Below, piece after piece: positions 57,791-64,000 of a stretch of 64,000 nucleotides of DNA. The position numbers were made by a program, and so were the translations under genes. Position 1 is the stretch's first letter, and every line of letters begins with the position of its first letter. The notes beneath the pieces were generated by a model, which saw only the letters and a program-made list of their open reading frames with translations, was not told where the DNA came from and ran no database searches. Source of the stretch: an uncultured Gemmatimonadales bacterium (lineage in GTDB: Bacteria; Gemmatimonadota; Gemmatimonadetes; Gemmatimonadales; GWC2-71-9); contig CAVYSW010000010.1 in NCBI GenBank assembly GCA_963771275.1, forward strand, positions 1 through 64,000, written 5' to 3'.

Positions 57791-59104
57791 TTCCGGCTCC
57801 CAGTCCTGCGCCGCGTCGAGCCGGCCGAGGCTCTCCTCGCGGCCGACGGCGACGAGCAGCTCGTTGACCGGCTCGGACACCGCGCATCCGGTGAGCGCGA
57901 TCCGCACCGGCTGCATCACGGCCCCCGCGCCCACGCCGCGCCGCTCGGCGAGGGCGCGCAGCTCCGTCTCCAGCCGCGCGGGCTCCCAGGCGTCCGTCGG
58001 GAGGGCGGCGAGGTGCTCGCGCACGGCGCGGAGCATGGCGCGGAAGCCCGCGAAGTCCTTGGCCATGGTCTGCCGCGCCTTGGCGTCGTCCTTGGCGATG
58101 TGTCGCCGGTCGAGCCGCACCGCGACGCGCTGCGCCAGCTCGATGGTGGTGCGCGACCGGCCGCGGATCGACGCGATGCAGCCGAGCACCCGCTCGGCCG
58201 GATACGCGTCCGGATCGACGCCGAGGGCGCGGAGGTGCGGCGCCAGGATTCCGGCCAGCTCGGGGAGCGGCATGTGATTGAGGTACTGCCCGTTCATCCA
58301 CTCGAGCTTGGTCATGTCGAACACGGCGCTCGTCTTCTGCACCCGCTCGATCGAGAATACGGCCACCAGCTCGCCCAGCTCGAAGTAGAGCTCGCGGTCG
58401 TCGCCCGGATTCCAGCCCAGCAGGGCGAGGAAGTTCCGCATCGCGGCGGGCAGGATGCCCATGTCATGGTAGTCGCCCAGGGCGGTGGCGCCGTGCCGCT
58501 TGGAGAGCTTCTTGCCGTCCGGGCCGTTCAGCATGGGCAGGTGGGCGAACTGCGGGGTCGGCGCGGCGAGTGCCCGGTACACCGCGATCTGCTTGGGCGT
58601 GTTGGAGACGTGGTCCTCGCCGCGCATCACGTGCGTGATCCGCATGTCGATGTCGTCGCACACCACGCTGAAGTTGTAGGTCGGCGTCCGGTCGGACCGG
58701 AGGATCACCCAGTCCTTGACGTCCCGGCCCTGGAAGCTGATCCGCCCGTACACCAGGTCGTCCCAGGCGATCTCCGCGTCCGGCATGCGGAACCGGACGG
58801 CGCCCTCATCGAGGTACGCCGTGCCATCGGCCACCAGCCGGTCGGCCACCTCCCGGTGGCGCGCGAGCCGCGCGCCCTGAAACACGACCTCCTCGTCCCA
58901 GTCGAGCCCCAGCCAGGTGAGCCCGTCGAGGATCACGCGCGTGAGGGCGTCGGTCGAGCGCTCCTTGTCGGTGTCCTCGATGCGGAGCAGGAAGGTGCCG
59001 CCGAGCCTGCGCGCGAACAGCCAGTTGAACAGGGCGGTGCGCGCGCCCCCAACGTGGAGATACCCGGTAGGGGACGGCGCGAACCGGAGGCGGACTTCCG
59101 TCAT
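57776..59104 (-). CDS. gltX: Glutamate--tRNA ligase
   Basis: RFAPSPTGYLHVGG, LRIEDTD, THVMRGEDH, KKLSKRHG. Confidence 0.97.
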   Translation of the reverse strand: MTEVRLRFAPSPTGYLHVGGARTALFNWLFARRLGGTFLLRIEDTDKERSTDALTRVILDGLTWLGLDWDEEVVFQGARLARHREVADRLVADGTAYLDEGAVRFRMPDAEIAWDDLVYGRISFQGRDVKDWVILRSDRTPTYNFSVVCDDIDMRITHVMRGEDHVSNTPKQIAVYRALAAPTPQFAHLPMLNGPDGKKLSKRHGATALGDYHDMGILPAAMRNFLALLGWNPGDDRELYFELGELVAVFSIERVQKTSAVFDMTKLEWMNGQYLNHMPLPELAGILAPHLRALGVDPDAYPAERVLGCIASIRGRSRTTIELAQRVAVRLDRRHIAKDDAKARQTMAKDFAGFRAMLRAVREHLAALPTDAWEPARLETELRALAERRGVGAGAVMQPVRIALTGCAVSEPVNELLVAVGREESLGRLDAAQDWEPEGDSR

Positions 59105-59119
59105 AGGGGGGGAGTGGTA

Positions 59120-59210
59120 CGGAGAGGGGGGGATTCGAACCCCCGATAGGGGTTTAGGACCCTATAACGGTTTAGCAAACCGCCGCCTTCAGCCACTCGG
59201 CCACCTCTCC
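59120..59210 (-). tRNA. tRNA-Ser(GCT)
   Basis: GGAGAGG/CCTCTCC acceptor, GCGGT-TTGCTAA-ACCGT anticodon arm, long variable arm, GGTTCGAATCC. Confidence 0.96.
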
Positions 59211-59252
59211 CGACAAGCGGATCAATCTCGCCAGGCGGGGGGACGAACACAA

Positions 59253-59362
59253 CCGTCAGCCGTTAGCCGTTGGCCGTTAGCCGTTAGCCGTTGCCCGATA
59301 GCCGTTGGCCGATAGTCGACACAAAGGCAGTCCGCTGCACGCTGCACGCTAAACGCTGCACG
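59253..59362. repeat. Heptamer tandem repeats (CCGTTAG)n and (CGCTGCA)n
   Basis: About 9 units at 59253-59315 and 4 units at 59333-59362. Confidence 0.85.
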
Positions 59363-59366
59363 GCAG

Positions 59367-61361
59367 TTATTGCGGCTCCGCGCGGGTTGCCGGCAGTCGA
59401 ATCGTGAAGGTGGTGCCGCGGCCCACCTCGCTCTGGACGCTGATGTGGCCCCGGTGGTGCGTGACGATGCCGTACGCGATCGCGAGCCCGAGGCCGGTGC
59501 CCTGGCCGCCCTGCTTGGTGGTGAAGAACGGATCGAAGATCCGGTCGATCACGTCCGGGGGGATGCCGCACCCGGTGTCCGCGATCCGGATCTCGACCTC
59601 GCGGCCGCCCCCGCCCGGTCGGGTCGTGAGCGTGAGCGTGCCGCGCTCGCCCATCGCCTGCGCGGCGTTCACCAGAATGTTGAGGATGACCTGCTGGATC
59701 TGTGAGCGGTCGGCCGTGACCGGTGGGAGATCCGCGGCCCAGTCGCGCACCACCGCGATGTTGAGGAACGACGCCTGCTGGCCGATCAGCGCCAGGGTCT
59801 GGTCGAGCACCTCGTTGATCTGCAGCTCCTCCATCGTGGCGTCGGACTGGCGCGAGAAGTCGAGCAGCCCCTTCACGATGTCGCGGCACCGCTCGGTCTG
59901 GCGTACCACGACCTCGAGGTTGTGCCGGTCGGGGTGCTCGGGGGGGAGGTCCTCGAGCGTGAGCGCGGTGAGCGCGAGAATGCCGCCCAGCGGGTTGTTG
60001 ACCTCGTGCGCCACGCCCGCGGCGAGCATGCCGAGCGAGGCGAGCCGCTCGGACTGGGCCACCCGGACCTGCATCGCCATCACCTGCTCGGTCCGCTCGC
60101 GCACCTTCTCCTCGAGCGTGCGGCCCCACTCCTCGAGGTCGCCCCGCATCTGGCGGAGGCTCGCCAGCATCGTGTTGAACGAGTCGGCGAGCAGCGCCAG
60201 CTCGCCCTGCGCGTCCGCCCGCACCTCCTGGTCGAGCCGACCGGCCGTGATGTTCCGCGTGGCGGCCACCATCTCGCCGATCGGGCGCGTCATGTTGCTG
60301 ATCATCACGTAGGTGATGCCGATGATCAGCAGGAAGCCGGCGGTGGCGAGCGCGAAGAACGACAGGATCACGCGGTCGCGGATCGCCGCGTAGCCGGCTT
60401 CGAGCACCCCGACGTACAGGATGCCGACCACGTCCCCCTTGAGGTTCCGGATCGGATCGTACGCCGCGATGTACCAGTCGTTCACGACGAACGCACGGTC
60501 GCGCCACGCCGCGCCGCGCAGCAGCACGGCCTCACGCACGGGCTCCGAGACCCGCGTGCCCACGGCGCGCGCTCCGTCGCGCCCGCGCACCGTCGTGGCG
60601 ATGCGCACGTCCCCCTGGAAGATCGTGACCGTGCCGACGTCCTGCCGGCCGTAGCGCTCCCCGCGGTACAGCAGCTGCCAGACCCGGTCCACGAAATCGG
60701 GGTGGTTGTTCAGCAGCCGGCCGGCGTACAGCGCGCCGCGGATCCGTCCCGCCGCATCCCGCACCGGGGCGGCCGCGAGCAGCACGAGTCCGTCGGTGAC
60801 CCGCGCCGGGCCACGGGCCGTCGCCCGCGGCGTGGCGACCACGGTGACCGCCGCCTGGGTGGCCAGGGCGGGGCTCTCCTCGCCGAGCTGCCGGTCCGAC
60901 AGCACCTCCGTCGCCGCCGCGACCTGCCCGGCGAGCGCCGTCCGCACGACGTCGAGACCGGTGACGTCGTCGCCCGTGGCGCCCGGCCGGGCGACGCGCG
61001 CCACCACGCGGCCGGCGGCGTCGGTCAGCGAGAGAAAATCGCAGTCGCTCTCGGCGCGGACCGCGGCCAGGCGCGCCAGGATGGCGGGGCCGACCGCCGC
61101 CGCGCTCGGCGATTCGGCGCCGACCGCCGGCGCCACGAGCGTCACGGCGTGGCGCAGCGTCGCGAGCTCGTTGTCGTACAGCGTGCGGGCGGTCACGAGA
61201 TCGTGCTCCGCCGTGCGCTGGGCCTGCGCCATGATCGTCGTGCTCACGATCCACGAGCCGACGAGCGACGTGATCAGCCCCCCGGCGCCGAGAATCACCA
61301 GGTAGCTGAGGATCAGCTTGGTGCGAAGTGATCGGGTCCGGAGGAACCGATCAAGGCGCAC
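59367..61361 (-). CDS. Membrane sensor histidine kinase (Cache + HAMP + HisKA + HATPase, NtrB-like)
   Basis: Two TMs, RIATTV...RAVGT, WYIAAYDPI, AHEVNNPL, NILVNA, DTGCGI, FDPFFTTK, GTGLGL. Confidence 0.95.
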   Translation of the reverse strand: MRLDRFLRTRSLRTKLILSYLVILGAGGLITSLVGSWIVSTTIMAQAQRTAEHDLVTARTLYDNELATLRHAVTLVAPAVGAESPSAAAVGPAILARLAAVRAESDCDFLSLTDAAGRVVARVARPGATGDDVTGLDVVRTALAGQVAAATEVLSDRQLGEESPALATQAAVTVVATPRATARGPARVTDGLVLLAAAPVRDAAGRIRGALYAGRLLNNHPDFVDRVWQLLYRGERYGRQDVGTVTIFQGDVRIATTVRGRDGARAVGTRVSEPVREAVLLRGAAWRDRAFVVNDWYIAAYDPIRNLKGDVVGILYVGVLEAGYAAIRDRVILSFFALATAGFLLIIGITYVMISNMTRPIGEMVAATRNITAGRLDQEVRADAQGELALLADSFNTMLASLRQMRGDLEEWGRTLEEKVRERTEQVMAMQVRVAQSERLASLGMLAAGVAHEVNNPLGGILALTALTLEDLPPEHPDRHNLEVVVRQTERCRDIVKGLLDFSRQSDATMEELQINEVLDQTLALIGQQASFLNIAVVRDWAADLPPVTADRSQIQQVILNILVNAAQAMGERGTLTLTTRPGGGGREVEIRIADTGCGIPPDVIDRIFDPFFTTKQGGQGTGLGLAIAYGIVTHHRGHISVQSEVGRGTTFTIRLPATRAEPQ

Positions 61362-62655
61362 GGCGACGGTCCAGCACGTGCACGGCGCACGAGATGCATG
61401 GATCGTAGGCGCGCACCACCATCTCCAGCGTCGGCCGCAGGTCGTCGGGCTCGCGGCTCGGGCTCTGCTCCACCGCCGCGCGCAGCCGGTGCTCGACGCT
61501 CGCGGCGTTGAGCGCCGTCGGCGTCACCACGTCGGCCGTTTCCAGCCGCCCCTCGCCGTCGTAGCGGTAGCTGTGGACCAGCAGGCCACGTGGGGCCTCC
61601 ACGGCGCCGGTGCCGGTCCCGGCGCGCGGCGTCACCGGCGCGACGGGCTCCGCCGGCCGGGCATCGGCGAGCAGGAGGTCGACCACCTCGAGGGCCCGCT
61701 CCACGTCCACCGCCAGCTCGACCGCCTGGGCCAGGTTGTTGTCCAGCGGGTCGTCGAACGGCGCGGTGAGCTCCAGCCGCATGGCGGCATGCACCCCGGT
61801 CCGCGGCAGGTGGGCCCCGTTCACGGCCACGCGCCCCAGCGCGCCCACCATGACCGGCGCACCCTTCCAGAGGGTGTGCTTCGCGTGCGAGTGCGCCACC
61901 ACCCGCTCATCGGTGAGCGAGCGGTATTTGGGCACCGGCACGGTGGCGACCTTGCCGTTGGTCTCGATCCGGATCTCGGTCCCGCCGGCGTAGTCGTATC
62001 CATCGGGAGTGTGCAGCGCGGCGTAGGCCGTGGGGCTGTGGCCGACCTCGATCGTGGGCAGCGACGCGACGACGTCGAGCGCGCTCCGGACGTCGGCCGC
62101 GCCCTCCTCGAGCGCCGCGCGGAGCCGCAGCAGGTCGTCGGTCGACGGGGCGTGCGTGAAGCCGCCGACCACCGCGGTGACCGGATGGATCGCGCGCCCG
62201 CCGACCGCCTCCTGGAGCGCGTTCCCCAGCCGCTTGAGCCGCAGCGCCAGGGCCACGACGTCGCGCCGGTCGGCGGCGAGCGCGATGGCGCTGGGCGCGC
62301 CGAGGTAGTCGGGCAGGGCGAGCAGGAAGATGTGGAGCGCGTGGCTCTCGATGTTCTCGCCCCGGAGCAGCAGATCGCGCAGCTGGGTCGTCTGGGCGCT
62401 CGGGAGCATGCCGAATGCGTGCTCCGTCGCGGTGAGGGACGCGATGGTGTGCGCGGCGGAGCAGATCGCGCAGATCCGGGACGCGATCGGCGCCACCTCG
62501 TCGAAGCGACGCCCGCGGACCAGCGTTTCCAGGAGGCGCGCGCCTTCGAAGATGTCGAAGTGGACGGCGCCGATTCCCTCGTCCTCGAGCTCGACGGTCA
62601 CCCCGCCGTGGCCCTCGACCCGGGCCAGGTGCTCGATCACGATGCGTTGCGTCAT
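61351..62655 (-). CDS. [NiFe] hydrogenase large subunit, group 3b (sulfhydrogenase alpha-like)
   Basis: ARVEGHG, RICAIC, EAPRG, DPCISCAVH plus short C-terminal extension. Confidence 0.93.
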   Translation of the reverse strand: MTQRIVIEHLARVEGHGGVTVELEDEGIGAVHFDIFEGARLLETLVRGRRFDEVAPIASRICAICSAAHTIASLTATEHAFGMLPSAQTTQLRDLLLRGENIESHALHIFLLALPDYLGAPSAIALAADRRDVVALALRLKRLGNALQEAVGGRAIHPVTAVVGGFTHAPSTDDLLRLRAALEEGAADVRSALDVVASLPTIEVGHSPTAYAALHTPDGYDYAGGTEIRIETNGKVATVPVPKYRSLTDERVVAHSHAKHTLWKGAPVMVGALGRVAVNGAHLPRTGVHAAMRLELTAPFDDPLDNNLAQAVELAVDVERALEVVDLLLADARPAEPVAPVTPRAGTGTGAVEAPRGLLVHSYRYDGEGRLETADVVTPTALNAASVEHRLRAAVEQSPSREPDDLRPTLEMVVRAYDPCISCAVHVLDRRRAP

Positions 62656-63437
62656 CGCTCCTCCGCTCCCGCCGCGGCCTTGACGGGCAGCGGCCCGAAG
62701 ATCTGCACACGATGTCGGGCGTCTTCCGCGGACAGCCCGTGCTCCTGGAGCACCGTGAGGGCCGAGGCCACGTTGGCGTCCGGGACCGGACCGCGGCAGC
62801 CGATGCACGGCACGCCCAGCGCGGGGCAGCGCGCCTGGCAGCCGCCCGCGGTCACCGCGCCGACGCAGGGCAGCCCCCGCTCCAGCAGCAGGCAGTTGTT
62901 CTCCCGCATCCGGCACTCGGCGCACACCGGGACGTCGTGGACCAGCGGGGGATTCCCGTTCAGCAGGTTGGCCACGGCCGCGAGGAATTCGTCTTTCTCG
63001 ATCGGGCAGCCAGTGATGGCGTAGTCCACCGGCACGACGTCGTGCAGCGCCTTGGCCGGCACGGTGTCGAACTTGGCTCCCGCCTTCCCGTAGACGTCCC
63101 GGACGAGGGCGTCCCGGTCGAACAGCCGGTCGAGCGCGGCGACGCCGCCCCAGACGGCGCAGGTGCCGAGCGCCACGAGGCAGCGCGAGCGGGCCCGCAC
63201 GCGCTTGAGCGTTGCCTCATCCCGCCGGCTCAGCACCGCGCCCTCGACGAACGCGATGTCGAGCGGCGGCTCCTCGTGGCCGTTCGACGCCGCCATGAGG
63301 AAGTCCTTCAGGTCCAGCAGCGCGACCAGATCGAGCAGCTCGTCCTCGCAGTTGACGATCACGAGCTGGCAGCCCGCGCACCCCGTCAGGCCGAAGATCC
63401 CGACGGCGGGCTTGGCAGTAGTTTCGGCGCTCGCCAT
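62652..63437 (-). CDS. [NiFe] hydrogenase small subunit (sulfhydrogenase delta-like)
   Basis: GCAGCQ, VEGAV, GTCA..GG, GCP, VCAEC, CIGCRG. Confidence 0.92.
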   Translation of the reverse strand: MASAETTAKPAVGIFGLTGCAGCQLVIVNCEDELLDLVALLDLKDFLMAASNGHEEPPLDIAFVEGAVLSRRDEATLKRVRARSRCLVALGTCAVWGGVAALDRLFDRDALVRDVYGKAGAKFDTVPAKALHDVVPVDYAITGCPIEKDEFLAAVANLLNGNPPLVHDVPVCAECRMRENNCLLLERGLPCVGAVTAGGCQARCPALGVPCIGCRGPVPDANVASALTVLQEHGLSAEDARHRVQIFGPLPVKAAAGAEER

Positions 63438-63451
63438 GACGTCCTCCGGCC

Positions 63452-64000
63452 TCAGATCAGCTCGGGCAGATTGATCGCGTCCCAGTAGGTGAAGATCGGC
63501 CCCTGCAGGCAGGTGTACTTGTAGCCCACGCTGCAGTGGCCGCATTTCCCGACGCCGCACTTCATGCGCCGCTCGAGGGACATCAGGATCCGGTCCTTCG
63601 AGAAGCCCAGCGCCAGCAGGCGCTGGAGCACGAAGCGGTAGACCACGGGCGGTCCGCAGACGGCGGCATAGGTCGTCGCGGGGTTGAGGGTGACCCGATC
63701 GAACAGCGTGGGCAGCAGGCCGATCTGCTGCTGCCAGGTGCCGGTCGGATCCCGATCCACCGTGAGGAGACTGGTGAGATCCGGCCGATCGGCCAGCGAG
63801 ACCAGCTCGTCGCGGAACAGCATGTCGGCCGGGGTGCGCGCCCCGTACATCAATGTGACCGCGCCGAAGCCTTCGCGGTGGTCGAGGGCGTACCAGAGCA
63901 GCGAGCGGAGCGGGGCCATGCCCAGCCCGCCCGCCACCAGCAGCAGGTCGTTGCCGGCGATCTCCTCGATGGGGAAGCCGTTGCCGTACGGCCCGCGGAT
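63452..64000 (-). CDS. FAD/NAD(P)-binding subunit (sulfhydrogenase gamma-like), 5' part outside the window
   Basis: RGPYGNGFP, AGGLGMAPLRS, VCGPPV, ERRMKCGVGKCGHC, C..GPIF. Confidence 0.92.
   Translation of the reverse strand: MRGPYGNGFPIEEIAGNDLLLVAGGLGMAPLRSLLWYALDHREGFGAVTLMYGARTPADMLFRDELVSLADRPDLTSLLTVDRDPTGTWQQQIGLLPTLFDRVTLNPATTYAAVCGPPVVYRFVLQRLLALGFSKDRILMSLERRMKCGVGKCGHCSVGYKYTCLQGPIFTYWDAINLPELI

Noticed and set aside
59253..59362. CRISPR-like repeats near tRNA-Ser
   Set aside because: Simple heptamer tandem repeats without spacers.
61351..62655. Selenocysteine-containing [NiFeSe] hydrogenase
   Set aside because: Both metal-binding motifs use ordinary Cys codons (RICAIC, DPCISC) with no in-frame TGA.

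Overview
The window looks like two unrelated high-GC bacterial segments joined at about 21.93 kb. Segment 1 (1 to ~21.93 kb) is probably Acidobacteriota/Thermoanaerobaculia-like (inference) and is full of single-base indels that look like long-read errors. It carries tandem SLH/beta-propeller genes, rpmF-DUF177, three GT4 glycosyltransferases plus a WcaJ-type priming transferase, MoxR-DUF58-transglutaminase, pgpA-murB-manC, recA, a large outer-membrane protein, a TusA-like gene and a right-truncated IS110-family (IS1111-type layout) element. Segment 2 (~21.93 to 64 kb) is probably Gemmatimonadota-like (inference) with clean reading frames. It is mostly housekeeping: rsfS, DAK2-DegV, rplI, rpsR, rpsF, pth, rplY, prs, two tRNA-Gln, ispE, pdxJ, mce, trxA, rsmI, a DUF4159/DUF4175/TPR cluster, JAB-DinG, a dapL-like gene, an MFS transporter, gltX, tRNA-Ser, a histidine kinase and a group 3b-type [NiFe] hydrogenase. 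The most interesting signal is in segment 1. A family of ~165-nt structured intergenic repeats occurs as inverted pairs at three loci, and the IS110 element sits inside one copy. The non-coding region downstream of its transposase contains two short segments matching the left and right halves of that target on opposite strands, inside a stem-closed loop. This is the pattern expected of a bridge/seek RNA programmed against the host repeat family. A second accessory spot is a duplicated tRNA-Gln plus upstream unit with cargo genes and an orphan, more AT-rich ORF between ispE and prs. All calls are by eye; no searches were run.
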